Shown: piece by piece, positions 13,257 to 22,682 of the stretch
Layout of the letters: each line of letters opens with the position of its first letter
Numbering within the stretch: the first letter of the stretch is position 1
Notes under the pieces: model-generated
Database searches by the model: none
Seen by the model: only the letters and a program-made list of their open reading frames with translations
What the model was told of the DNA's origin: nothing
DNA from: Candidatus Binatia bacterium
Lineage (GTDB): Bacteria > Desulfobacterota > Binatia > HRBIN30
DNA length: 64,000 nt
Direction: 5' to 3'
Assembly: GCA_038245295.1 (NCBI GenBank)
Contig: JBBRSP010000008.1
Coordinates: 1-64,000 of the forward strand
Position numbers and translations under genes: made by a program

Positions 13257-13664
13257 ATGAAGGCAATTCGCAATTCAAAGGGTTTCACGTTGATCGAGCT
13301 GTTGGTGGTCGTGGCCATCATCGGCATCTTGGCGGCCATCGCCATCCCGCAGTTCGCGCTCTACCGCGCTCGTGGTTTCACGTCGCGTGCGGCGTCGGAC
13401 GCCCACAACTCATCGGTTGGTCAGGAAGCGATTGTGGCCGATGGTAAAGCGTACGTGGGGTGCAGCGACTCAGGCTGCAACCACCCGGCTCTTCCTGGGT
13501 TCCGTATTTCGGACGGCGTCACTCTGGTCATGACCGGCGGCACCGTGGCAAGCTACACCGGCGACTCCAGCCATTCGAATGGTTGCCCTCTGGGTAGCGC
13601 CGGCAAGGTGCATATCGACAGTGCGGCGGGTGGCGTTGTCGCGACCAGCTACCCAACCTGCTGA
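13257..13664 (+). CDS. pilA: type IVa major pilin
   Basis: MKAIRNSKG|FTLIELLVVVAIIGILAAIAIPQF class III signal peptide; GGAGG RBS; own promoter and terminator. Confidence 0.93.
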   Translation: MKAIRNSKGFTLIELLVVVAIIGILAAIAIPQFALYRARGFTSRAASDAHNSSVGQEAIVADGKAYVGCSDSGCNHPALPGFRISDGVTLVMTGGTVASYTGDSSHSNGCPLGSAGKVHIDSAAGGVVATSYPTC

Positions 13665-13685
13665 TTACCGGTTGCTGCTGAGCTG

Positions 13686-13719
13686 AAAAGGGGCGGGCCT
13701 AGGGCTCGCCCCTTTTTTT
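13686..13719 (+). terminator. rho-independent terminator after pilA
   Basis: AAAAGGGGCGGGCC-loop-GGCTCGCCCC followed by T7. Confidence 0.9.
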
Positions 13720-13767
13720 CTGGCAACGCTAGGCTCCGATCTGGCCTCGCTAGATTTTCACACTCTC

Positions 13768-14760
13768 TTGGCAATCCTGTTGGTGTCAGTTAGAGAAACA
13801 ACCGTGGCTGCAACGATTGGAGCCCGCATAGCCTTACGCACCGTGCCGTTGGTGCTCAGCGCTGTGCTGCTCGCATTACTAGCCGGGCGGGCCGATCGCA
13901 GTCTCTCCAGCCGTCTCGCGGCCTGGGAAGAAACAAGTTCGGTCGAAAACGTCTATGCTCCGCCCGCGGTATTCCTTGAGATCGTTTCGCTTGGCTATCG
14001 CCGCGCGCTGGCCGATGTCCTCTGGTTTCGCACGGTCGATTACTTCGGCCGCCACTACAATACGGATCGCACCTACACGTGGTTGGCGCATATGTTGGAT
14101 CGCATTACCGAGCTCGACCCAACGGCGTTGCACGTCTATCGCTTCGCTGCGTTTATTCTTCCCTGGGAAGCCTCCGCCGTCGACGACAGCATTGCCCTCC
14201 TTGAGAAAGGCGTCCGCAACCTGCCGGATCAATGGGAGTTGCAGTACTACCTGGGCTTCAACCAATACTTTTTCAAAGACGATCTGCCGGCGGCAGCGGC
14301 GTCTTTGCGTAACGCCGCGCGGCTGCCGGACGTACATCCGGTCGTTCTGAGCCTGGCGAGCGTGATCCAGGCGGCCAGCAGCGGCCAGGAATCGGCGATC
14401 GCGTTGTTGAGAGCTGAGCTCGACCGCACCAAGGCGCCGGAAACGCGTGCCCCGATCGAGGCCCTTATTGATGAACTCCTGGTGACGCGCGATCTAGACT
14501 TCCTGGAGAATGCCACCGCGACATTCGAGGCGCGTCTCGGTATCGCGCCGAGCGATCTGCTGCAGGTGGTTGCGATGAACATCATCCCGGGCTTGCCGCG
14601 CGAGCCGCATGGCGGCCTGTATCTGGTCGAACCAGGAACGACGCACGTCATCGACAGTCTGGGAATACAACCGAAGCGCTTGTTCAAAAGCGCAAATCGC
14701 CAGAAGAAACTTGAATCCCTGGCCGCCGAACACCAGGCCGAAACCTCAGGAGCCGATTGA
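13768..14760 (+). CDS. pilus-associated TPR-like accessory protein (Myxococcus PilG / Geobacter Xap-like position)
   Basis: N-terminal hydrophobic anchor, LADVLW.R..YFG, ITELDP, LEKG...PD.W...YYLGF; lies between pilA and the ABC genes; start may be GTG 13804. Confidence 0.7.
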   Translation: MAILLVSVRETTVAATIGARIALRTVPLVLSAVLLALLAGRADRSLSSRLAAWEETSSVENVYAPPAVFLEIVSLGYRRALADVLWFRTVDYFGRHYNTDRTYTWLAHMLDRITELDPTALHVYRFAAFILPWEASAVDDSIALLEKGVRNLPDQWELQYYLGFNQYFFKDDLPAAAASLRNAARLPDVHPVVLSLASVIQAASSGQESAIALLRAELDRTKAPETRAPIEALIDELLVTRDLDFLENATATFEARLGIAPSDLLQVVAMNIIPGLPREPHGGLYLVEPGTTHVIDSLGIQPKRLFKSANRQKKLESLAAEHQAETSGAD

Positions 14761-15704
14761 TGACGACTCCGCTTATCGAACTACAGGCGGTTTCGAAGAC
14801 CTTCCGGAGCAACTGGACTTTCCGCCCCTTGCATGCCGTCGCCGATCTCTCGTTGGCGGTGATGCCCGGCGAAGTATATGGGCTGATTGGTCGCAACGGA
14901 TCCGGTAAAACGACGACATTCAAGATGTTGGTTGGCCTGCTGCGGCCGACAAAAGGAAAAGTGCTGTGGAACGGTACGCCGCTCAGCGAACCGAGCCAAC
15001 GCCAAACGATCGGGTTTTCGCCCGAACAGCCCTACTTTTACGACTACCTCACCGTCTTCGAAACGCTCAATTTCTATGGCCAGCTATACGGCATGCCGAC
15101 GCGGGCCAGGCACAAGCGGATCGATGAACTATTGGCCAGCTTCCATTTGGAGCCTAAGCGTAAGGCCCGTATGCGTACTCTGTCGAAAGGGAATATGCAG
15201 CGGGTGGCGGTGGCCCAGGCCATCATGCACCGGCCGCGGTTGGCGATTCTCGACGAACCGATGTCGGGACTAGACCCGGCAGGGCGTAAAGAAATCCGCG
15301 ATATGATCGGCCAGTTGAAGAATGACGAGACCACGGTGCTTTTCTCGTCGCACGTGCTCAGTGATGCCGAGGCGGTTTGCGACCGCGTCGCCATCCTGAT
15401 GCAGGGTGCATTGCAGGAAGTGGTAACGATCGACACCGCGAACCAGCCCCCCGAAGGCTTCAAAATTGTAGCGATGACTTCCGGCGATGGACCGCTACGC
15501 CAACTGCAGGCTGCAGGGCTGACGGCGCGCCCCTTGCCGCCGGATCGTGTCGAAGTCTCGGTGCGCGAGCAAGCTCAGATCTTTGATGCAATCGCCGCAC
15601 TCCAAGGGCTTGGAGCCGGCGTCGAATCGGTCAACCCTGTGCACCAATCCCTCGAGGACCGATTCCTCCACTATGTTCCGAAAGATGGGTCGGCAAGTGA
15701 CTAG
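14760..15704 (+). CDS. ABC transporter ATP-binding protein (Myxococcus PilH-like)
   Basis: GRNGSGKTT, LSKGN signature variant, ILDEPMSGLDP, SSH. Confidence 0.92.
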   Translation: MTTPLIELQAVSKTFRSNWTFRPLHAVADLSLAVMPGEVYGLIGRNGSGKTTTFKMLVGLLRPTKGKVLWNGTPLSEPSQRQTIGFSPEQPYFYDYLTVFETLNFYGQLYGMPTRARHKRIDELLASFHLEPKRKARMRTLSKGNMQRVAVAQAIMHRPRLAILDEPMSGLDPAGRKEIRDMIGQLKNDETTVLFSSHVLSDAEAVCDRVAILMQGALQEVVTIDTANQPPEGFKIVAMTSGDGPLRQLQAAGLTARPLPPDRVEVSVREQAQIFDAIAALQGLGAGVESVNPVHQSLEDRFLHYVPKDGSASD

Positions 15705-15728
15705 CCAACCGCCCGGGGAGATGCTGTC

Positions 15729-16496
15729 GTGAAAGTCTTCGCCATTGCTCTGAATACGGGCCGCGAAGCGATTCGAAACAAGATTCTCTATTCGATCATG
15801 CTCTTTGCCTGCTTGGTGACGGGCATTGCCGGTAGCTTCGGCTCTGTGTCGATCGGGGATCGGATGAAGTTCGTCAAGGACTTTAGCCTGTTCAGTATTT
15901 CGATGTTCGGCGTGGTCACCACGGTCGTGCTTGGTGTCAGCTTGCTGAGCAAGGAGCTCGAGAAGCGTACGATCTACAACCTGCTCTCGAAGCCGGTAGC
16001 CCGGTGGCAGTTCCTGGTTGGGAAGTTCATCGGGATGTGGACCGTGCTCATCCTCATGATGGGCTTGATGACCGCTGCCCTGTTCCTCCTCCTGTTCGCC
16101 CTCGAGGGGCGTTTCGACTGGCAGGTTCTGGCGGCAATCGCCGCAATGATCCTCGAGCTCGGTGTTCTGCTCGCGGTGGCGCTCTTCTTCAGTACAATTG
16201 TCGTTACCCCGGTTCTCGGTGGGTTGTTCACGGTTGCCGCGTTCATCGCCGGGCGTTCGTCACCCTGGCTCTTGTACTTTACCCGCAATGATCAGCCGCC
16301 GTTTGTTCGCGCACTCATCAATGTGATCTATGCCATCTTGCCGCACCTGGATCGATTCTGGGTCGCCGATCGTGTGGTGTCGGGGCATCCCCTACCGGCG
16401 GGCTACTACGTGGACTTGGTGATCTACGGTGTCGCTTACTCCGGCGTCCTCATGGTACTTAGTATGGTGATCTTCCGTCGTCGGGAGTTCGTTTGA
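15729..16496 (+). CDS. ABC-2 type permease (Myxococcus PilI-like)
   Basis: Multiple TM helices, ELEKRTIYNLLSKPVAR.QFLVGKF, C-terminal FRRREF. Confidence 0.9.
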   Translation: MKVFAIALNTGREAIRNKILYSIMLFACLVTGIAGSFGSVSIGDRMKFVKDFSLFSISMFGVVTTVVLGVSLLSKELEKRTIYNLLSKPVARWQFLVGKFIGMWTVLILMMGLMTAALFLLLFALEGRFDWQVLAAIAAMILELGVLLAVALFFSTIVVTPVLGGLFTVAAFIAGRSSPWLLYFTRNDQPPFVRALINVIYAILPHLDRFWVADRVVSGHPLPAGYYVDLVIYGVAYSGVLMVLSMVIFRRREFV

Positions 16497-17254
16497 TCGG
16501 CGCACTGGCGTTTATCGTCGGGACCCTGGTTGGTAGCTTCCTGAACGTCTGTATCGGTCGTATCCCTGCCGGTGAATCGATTGTCCGCCCACGCTCTCAT
16601 TGTCCGTTGTGTGGCGCCCTGGTTCGATCGCGTGACAACATTCCAATCCTCGCCTACTTCCTCTTGGGTCGCCGTTGCCGCGATTGTGGGGCACCGATCT
16701 CCTGGCGCTACCCGGCGATCGAAGCACTGACCGGTCTGCTCTATGCCTGGGTCGTGCTGGCCATGGGTCCTACGGCGGAGACGCTCGTTGCCCTGGGTTT
16801 CGTATCGGCCCTCGTCGTCATCACCTTCATCGATATCGATCATCAGATCATTCCCGACGTCATTTCACTTCCTGGCATCGTCGTGGGCCTCGGGTGTTCC
16901 CTGGCCGGTTTCGGCCCGCGGCTTCTCGACAGCTTCATCGGTGTCCTCCTCGGCGGCGGGATGTTGTGGGCCGTGGCAGCCGGGTACGAACGTTTGCGCG
17001 GCCAAGAGGGGATGGGCGGCGGCGACATCAAGCTGCTGGCGATGGTCGGCGCCTTCCTCGGCTGGCGTAATGTGTTGGTGACGTTGCTCGTTGGGTCGCT
17101 CTCTGGGGCCGTGATTGGGATTGTTGTTCTGCAGCGCCGCGGCGACGACGCGACGCTGCCAATTCCGTTTGGGCCGTTCCTGGCGATCGGCGCCTTCGTG
17201 GCGCTGCTCTACGGCACTCCGTTGAGCGAGTGGTATCTCGGTATATTGCAGTGA
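16493..17254 (+). CDS. pilD: prepilin peptidase / N-methyltransferase
   Basis: GSFLNV, SHCPLC and CRDC zinc cysteines, FIDID and GGGDIK catalytic aspartates. Confidence 0.96.
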   Translation: MIGALAFIVGTLVGSFLNVCIGRIPAGESIVRPRSHCPLCGALVRSRDNIPILAYFLLGRRCRDCGAPISWRYPAIEALTGLLYAWVVLAMGPTAETLVALGFVSALVVITFIDIDHQIIPDVISLPGIVVGLGCSLAGFGPRLLDSFIGVLLGGGMLWAVAAGYERLRGQEGMGGGDIKLLAMVGAFLGWRNVLVTLLVGSLSGAVIGIVVLQRRGDDATLPIPFGPFLAIGAFVALLYGTPLSEWYLGILQ

Positions 17255-17361
17255 TCCAAGTGAGCACACGCGTGTGCTCACCCTGACTACAGACGGTGCC
17301 GTCGTTGCTCCGTCCCTTGCTCTCCCGTGCGCCTGGCACACTTCGCGCACCAAGGGTTGGC

Positions 17362-17820
17362 ATGGCGTCTACCCGGCCTCGTGCTTCAGCGGGATTTTCA
17401 CTAATCGAACTGCTCGTCGTCATCGCGCTCCTCGGCGTGATGGCGACCATGAGCGCCATGAGCGGCGCCGAGGGTCGCGCGTGGGTTGACGTGCGCCGCG
17501 CCGCGCAACAGGTGGCGATGGACCTGCGCGTGGCGCGGCTGCGAGCGATCTCTGAACAGACGGACCACCGCATCCTGTTTGCCACGGGGGCAACGTCCTA
17601 CCAACGCCAGCGTCTCGGGCCAAAGGGGTTTGAGGATGACGGCCAGGTGCGCCCGCTGCCACGCGGTGTCGTGATCCAGACCACAACCGTCGGAGCCGGC
17701 GGTATTACCTTTCGGGGGCGCGGCAACGCTCTGTCGTTCGGGACGGTGCGCTTGAGTGCCCGCAATGCTCCCAATCGCGATGTCGTCGTTGATATCGCCG
17801 GCCACATTTCTGTCCGATGA
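17362..17820 (+). CDS. minor pilin, FimT/FimU/GspH-like
   Basis: AG|FSLIELLVVIALLG, DLR.AR.RAI, ITF..RG, C-terminal VVVD.AG.I. Confidence 0.82.
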   Translation: MASTRPRASAGFSLIELLVVIALLGVMATMSAMSGAEGRAWVDVRRAAQQVAMDLRVARLRAISEQTDHRILFATGATSYQRQRLGPKGFEDDGQVRPLPRGVVIQTTTVGAGGITFRGRGNALSFGTVRLSARNAPNRDVVVDIAGHISVR

Positions 17821-18170
17821 AACAGGTGACGTCATGTCGTGGAGTTTCCCTCGTCGAGTTGCTGGTGGCGCAGGTATTGGTGATGATGACCGTGTTGGCA
17901 TTGAGCGGTGTACTCATCGCCGCCCACCGTTACGCACGTCAGAGCGCCAACTGGCTGCATGCGATCACGCTGATGGTCGACGCCCAGGAAACCATCCGCG
18001 CCGGTCACGTCCTCGATCCACTGCCGGCAGAAGAGACGCACAAACGGGAAGTTTCGATTACCCCCGATCCAACCGAGGCGCGTTTGCGTCGCGTCGAGGT
18101 GAACATTTCATGGAACGATGGGCGCCCGCATTCCTGGTCCATCGTCGGCTTCATGCCGAGCGTGGAGTAA
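17817..18170 (+). CDS. minor pilin, PilV-like
   Basis: RG|VSLVELLVA class III signal; C-terminal RRVEVNISW; ATGA overlap. Confidence 0.75.
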   Translation: MKQVTSCRGVSLVELLVAQVLVMMTVLALSGVLIAAHRYARQSANWLHAITLMVDAQETIRAGHVLDPLPAEETHKREVSITPDPTEARLRRVEVNISWNDGRPHSWSIVGFMPSVE

Positions 18171-18733
18171 CCCTGGTCGAGATGCTGGTCTGTCTCGCTT
18201 TGCTCGGACTGCTGGGGGCCTTGAGTGCTTCGTTCTCGCGACTCGTTTTGATCAATCTCCGTCTGGCCGAAGCGACCGTCACTACGCGCACCGGAGTCGT
18301 CCTTGCCGTCGACGCGTTTGTCCGCGAATTGCGCCTTGCCGGCTTCTCCTCGGATCCCTCGTTCCTCGGATTTCCCGCCGCCTCGGCGACGGAAGTGGAG
18401 ATCGCCACTGATCTGAATCTGGACGGCTTCTCGAACGATCCAAGTGAGCGCGTTGCGTATCGCTACTCGAACGCGCGCCAGGCCTTCGGCCGTGCCACTG
18501 GCAATGGCGGGGCTCAGACGATCGTTTCCAATGTGCCGCCGGAGTGTGTGCAGTTGGCCTACTTTGACGCCGCCGGGACGTCGCTGGGTAGTGTCGGTTC
18601 CCCCCTGAGTCTTGCCGAGCGCAAACGCATCCGGCGCATTCATTTGCGCTTGTGCTCCGAGGTCGATGTCGGCGGGGTCGGGACCAAAGTCCGCACCGAG
18701 TTGGCGCTGAGCGTCGCACCGCGCAACCCATGA
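18110..18733 (+). CDS. minor pilin, PilW-like
   Basis: RG|VTLVEMLVCLALLG, RELRLAGF, DLNLDG, C-terminal VAPRN; start uncertain. Confidence 0.8.
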   Translation: MERWAPAFLVHRRLHAERGVTLVEMLVCLALLGLLGALSASFSRLVLINLRLAEATVTTRTGVVLAVDAFVRELRLAGFSSDPSFLGFPAASATEVEIATDLNLDGFSNDPSERVAYRYSNARQAFGRATGNGGAQTIVSNVPPECVQLAYFDAAGTSLGSVGSPLSLAERKRIRRIHLRLCSEVDVGGVGTKVRTELALSVAPRNP

Positions 18734-19722
18734 AGAGGCTAGCAAACGAACGCGGCGTCGCCCTGGTCATGGCGATCCTCTTTGCTGCGCTGCTGTTGCC
18801 CATCGGCTACCTGCTCCTCGAGTTTGCTCGCACCGATTGGCTGGTAGTGCGCAACCTGCGCTCCGAAGTCGAGACCTTCGCCGCCGCGGAAGATGGGTTG
18901 TCGCGCGCCGTCGGCAGTCTGGCGCCGATGGTGCGGATCCGAGAGTTGTTGGCCGGGCCCGACCGGCGGGCTGGAACCAGCGATGATGGCGAATTCGTCC
19001 TTGCTGCGTCGAGCGAGACACCCGCGCACGCCGTCGTTAGCGTTGGCGACCTGGACGCTCATTCCGTGCGCATCCATAGCGTCGCCGACGGCGCCAACCG
19101 CGCCAAGCAAATCGTCGAAGCGATTGTCCGCTCGCAGCCGACACCATACACCGCGGCGGCTTGGTTTGACCTGGGCGGTGGAGCCTCAGGTTTGTGCGTC
19201 TCGCTCGGAGCGGACCATCGGCTTTCCGACGCCGTCGGCTCTCCGAACGGAAGCCTGCCGGCTGTTCCGGCGCGCAGTGCCGCGCGCAATGGCGAGGCCC
19301 GGTCGATCGACGTTGCGTCGATCTCTGCCTCTCTTGCGGCATCGCCGCACAATGACCTCGATGCCGCTGGCTTGGGTTTAGGTTCGATCGACTCGCCGGC
19401 CGTGACCGTGTGTAGCGACGCGGCCGAGCTGCAAGACACGCCACGGGCTGCAGGGATTCTGCTCGTACGCGGCTCTGTAACAATACGTGGTGCCGTTCAC
19501 TTCGCCGGCCTCGTGCTTGTCGAGGGGACTCTGCGGGTGGCTCCCGGTGCTGCTTTGGAGATTCGCGGCTCGTTGTGGCTGGTCGGTCCGGGTGGGCAGA
19601 TCCGCTGCGACGCACCGACTGCGGTGGTGTACTCCAGTGAAGGGCTGCTACTCGCCGAACAGGCAGCTCCGCAAACGCTTCCGCACGCGATCCGTATGGT
19701 CGCCTGGCGTCAGGTCTTGTGA
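18730..19722 (+). CDS. minor pilin, PilX-like
   Basis: ERG|VALVMAILF lacking Glu5, AAEDG, GILLVRG..F.GLVLVEG beta repeats, terminal AWRQV. Confidence 0.78.
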   Translation: MKRLANERGVALVMAILFAALLLPIGYLLLEFARTDWLVVRNLRSEVETFAAAEDGLSRAVGSLAPMVRIRELLAGPDRRAGTSDDGEFVLAASSETPAHAVVSVGDLDAHSVRIHSVADGANRAKQIVEAIVRSQPTPYTAAAWFDLGGGASGLCVSLGADHRLSDAVGSPNGSLPAVPARSAARNGEARSIDVASISASLAASPHNDLDAAGLGLGSIDSPAVTVCSDAAELQDTPRAAGILLVRGSVTIRGAVHFAGLVLVEGTLRVAPGAALEIRGSLWLVGPGGQIRCDAPTAVVYSSEGLLLAEQAAPQTLPHAIRMVAWRQVL

Positions 19723-19822
19723 CCGCACGGAGTCCTCTGTTCCATGGGCATCGCGAAGTTCTTTGCATGTCTCGAAACTCGCCGGTATACGGATATTGAG
19801 TTCATCCGATGAGGAATTTCGT

Positions 19823-20191
19823 ATGAAGACCATTCTGGTGGTCGAAGACGACGCCGACAATCGGGTCATCCTCAACAAGATCCTGTCGTCCGACGGGTTT
19901 CGTGTTGTCGAGGCCGCCGACGGGGCCGACGTCATGAACATCGTGTTTCGCGAGTCGCCGTGCCTCGTCTTGATGGACTTGGCTTTGCCTCACGTCGACG
20001 GCTGGGAGGCGACGCGCCGCCTCAAAGCCAATCCAGACACGGCCCACATCCCGGTTGTCGCCTTGACGGCATTCGCGATGCGCGGTGACGAAGAGCAGGC
20101 ACGCGCGGCGGGCTGCGACGAATATCTGCCGAAGCCAGCGCGTCCGTCGGCGATTCGTGCCTTGGTGCGGCGACTGGTTGGCGCGCCTTGA
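19823..20191 (+). CDS. single-domain response regulator (DivK/CheY-like)
   Basis: ILVVEDD, LMDLALP..DGWE, ALTAFAM.GD, YLPKP; GAGG RBS. Confidence 0.92.
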   Translation: MKTILVVEDDADNRVILNKILSSDGFRVVEAADGADVMNIVFRESPCLVLMDLALPHVDGWEATRRLKANPDTAHIPVVALTAFAMRGDEEQARAAGCDEYLPKPARPSAIRALVRRLVGAP

Positions 20192-20207
20192 GCTCCATAG
20201 GTCAGGC

Positions 20208-20828
20208 ATGCGGGGATTGTTGATTGCTTTGGAGGGCGTGGAAGGTGCGGGGAAGTCGACGCAGATCGACTTGCTCTCGACCGTCCTACGCGCCGCCGGG
20301 CACGACGTCGTTGCAACCCGCGAGCCGGGTGGCACACAACTGGGCGTAGAGCTGCGTCGCCTGGTGATGCACCGCGACGATCCACCACCGGCTCCCTACA
20401 CCGAGCTCCTTCTCTATCTGGCCGATCGCGCGGAACACGTTGCGCAGCTGATCGCGCCGGCCTTGCGACAAGGAAAGATTGTGCTCACCGATCGGTTTTC
20501 CGCTTCGACGATCGCCTACCAGGGATACGCGCGACGCTTGGATTTGGCGACCGTCGAACAGCTCGACGCCGTGGCGCGGCAAGGGGTGTCTGCCGATCTA
20601 ACCCTGCTGTTCGATTGTCCGGTAGAGGCCGGCTTGCGCCGTGCCCGCGGCGACGACCGGTTCCATCGTGAAGACGTCGCCTTCCATGAGCGCGTTCGCG
20701 CCGGGTTTCACGAGCTGGCACGCCGCGATGCGGCGCGTTTTGTCATCATCGACGCAACCCAACCGCCACCTCTCGTCCACACGCACGCCCTCGACGCTGT
20801 GATGCGATGTCTCAGTCAACGCCCATAG
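20208..20828 (+). CDS. tmk: thymidylate kinase
   Basis: EGVEGAGKST, TREPGGT, DRFSAST.AYQG. Confidence 0.95.
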   Translation: MRGLLIALEGVEGAGKSTQIDLLSTVLRAAGHDVVATREPGGTQLGVELRRLVMHRDDPPPAPYTELLLYLADRAEHVAQLIAPALRQGKIVLTDRFSASTIAYQGYARRLDLATVEQLDAVARQGVSADLTLLFDCPVEAGLRRARGDDRFHREDVAFHERVRAGFHELARRDAARFVIIDATQPPPLVHTHALDAVMRCLSQRP

Positions 20829-21757
20829 GCTTCGCGTCGGTACGCGGGCACGCCTCGGCGATCGCCTTCTTGCTTGCCGCGACGCGCCAGGGGCACCTGG
20901 CACATGCACTGATGTTCGCCGGCGCCGACGGCATCGGCAAACGGGCCGTCGCGATGGGATACGCCGCCTGGCTGTTGTGCGAGGCGCCGACCGACGACGC
21001 CTGCGGTACATGTCCCTCGTGTCGCCTCGTCGCCGCCGCTAGCCACCCCGATTTGCAAGTCGTCGGCATCCCTGCCGGGAAGAAGGAGATCGGTGTCGAT
21101 CGCGCCCGTGAGCTGAAACGATTCGCTCAACTGCGAGCCTTACACGGGCGTTCGAAGATCATTGTCATTGATGATGCACAGGCGCTCAATGTTTCCGCAC
21201 AGAATGCCTTGCTGAAAACGCTCGAGGAGCCGCCCCCGAGCTCGCAGTTCATTTTGGTCGTCAACAATCCCGATGCGATGTTGCCGACCGTCCGCTCGCG
21301 TTGTCAGCGCCTGGCGTTTGCACCGCTCGATGCCACGACCGTTGTCGAAGTTCTGCGCGCCAACGGACTCGATGCCGCCCTGGCGGACGAGCTTGCGGCG
21401 CTGTGCGAGGGTAGCCCCGGTCGTGCTCTGTTGCTGCGCGACAGCACCGAAGCTGGTGCGCGGGCGCGTCTGCTGTCTCTGCTTGCTGATGTGGGGGGGG
21501 CTCGCTATTGTCGGCTGATGCAGGTTGCCGACGCGCTGAGCCGCCCCGAAGGCGAATTGCCCATCAAGCTCGAGCTCCTTATGGGGGCGCTGCGTGATGG
21601 CGCGCGCGCCGCGGCCGAAGGTGATGACCCGGCGCACGCCGAAGCTGATCTGCAACGCGCCGCAGCTGTCCTGGATACGTGGACGGCGCTGCAGCGTACT
21701 CACCCAAACCGCAGTCTCCTGGTTGACTCCTTACTGTTGCGCCTCGGGCGGATCTGA
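20807..21757 (+). CDS. holB: DNA polymerase III subunit delta-prime
   Basis: GADGIGK, CGTCPSC, HPD, NALLKTLEEPP, TVRSRC. Confidence 0.94.
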   Translation: MSQSTPIGFASVRGHASAIAFLLAATRQGHLAHALMFAGADGIGKRAVAMGYAAWLLCEAPTDDACGTCPSCRLVAAASHPDLQVVGIPAGKKEIGVDRARELKRFAQLRALHGRSKIIVIDDAQALNVSAQNALLKTLEEPPPSSQFILVVNNPDAMLPTVRSRCQRLAFAPLDATTVVEVLRANGLDAALADELAALCEGSPGRALLLRDSTEAGARARLLSLLADVGGARYCRLMQVADALSRPEGELPIKLELLMGALRDGARAAAEGDDPAHAEADLQRAAAVLDTWTALQRTHPNRSLLVDSLLLRLGRI

Positions 21758-22650
21758 TGGACGAAAACGTTAGGCCCACGGACTCGGAATTCCCTGAGCT
21801 AGCTCCCGGGACCAGCCTTCTCGACGTGGAGCCGCCAGCACCCAAACGCTCGCGCTTCGTCGGCATCAAGTTTCGCGACGCCTCGGGAGTGTTCCGGTAC
21901 GACGCCGGGCAACTTGTCTTGCAGCGCGGCGAAATCGTCGTCGTCTCCACCGAGCAGGGCCCGCGGGTCGGGACCGTTACCGAGCTGCCCGCCGTCCTGC
22001 GGGACGACGGCGGCAATGCGCGACGTGTGATGCGACGCGCCGATTCGGGGGATGTAGATCGTCAGGACCGTCTGCACTTGCGGGAGAAGGATGCGCTGCG
22101 GATGTGCCTGCTCCGATTGCGCGAACGCGGCCTGTCGATGAAATTGATCAAGGTCGAACAGGCGAGCGACGGCGGCAAGATCCAATTCTACTTCTCTTCC
22201 GAGGACCGCGTCGACTTCCGCGATCTCGTGCGCGAGTTGGCGCACGTTCTGCACGCGCGCGTTGAAATGAAGCAGATCGGTCCGCGCGACGAGGCCAAGG
22301 TTGTCGGCGCCGTCGGGCCTTGTGGTCGTGAGCTTTGCTGCTCGACATTTCTTCGCGAGCCGGGTGGCGTTTCGGTAAAGATGGCGAAGGCCCAGGGTTT
22401 GTCGCTCAATCCATCGAAGCTTGCCGGTATGTGCGGCCGCCTGAAGTGTTGCCTCAAGTATGAGTACGATACATATGTTGAGCTTGGGCGTGCCTTACCC
22501 AAGATCGGCTCTCGCGTCGTCTCGGTGAAGGGTGACGGTGTGGTCGTGCGGCAGAACGCCTTGAAGGCAACCGTGCTCGTGCAATTGGAAAACGAAGGCG
22601 GCTTTGCCGAGGCGACGCTCGAAGACCTGGTCGAAGCCAAGCGCCAATAG
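21757..22650 (+). CDS. ricT: PSP1 / RicT (YaaT) family protein
   Basis: RVDFRDLV, GPCGRELCC, KMAKAQ.LSLNPSKL.GMCGRLKCCL.YE. Confidence 0.92.
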   Translation: MDENVRPTDSEFPELAPGTSLLDVEPPAPKRSRFVGIKFRDASGVFRYDAGQLVLQRGEIVVVSTEQGPRVGTVTELPAVLRDDGGNARRVMRRADSGDVDRQDRLHLREKDALRMCLLRLRERGLSMKLIKVEQASDGGKIQFYFSSEDRVDFRDLVRELAHVLHARVEMKQIGPRDEAKVVGAVGPCGRELCCSTFLREPGGVSVKMAKAQGLSLNPSKLAGMCGRLKCCLKYEYDTYVELGRALPKIGSRVVSVKGDGVVVRQNALKATVLVQLENEGGFAEATLEDLVEAKRQ

Positions 22651-22682
22651 CCGCGCCCGCCCAAACATTCTGGAGACCTTTC

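Noticed and set aside
13284..13664. Electrically conductive pilin (e-pilin)
   Set aside because: Aromatics at mature positions 1, 24, 27, 32 and 57 but not 50/51 (Ile, Val); only 8 F/Y/W in 126 residues, so the usual criteria are not met.
13769..13784. sigma54 promoter before the PilG-like gene (TGGCAATCCTGTTGGT)
   Set aside because: The -12 element is GG rather than GC and it overlaps the possible start region; too weak to call.
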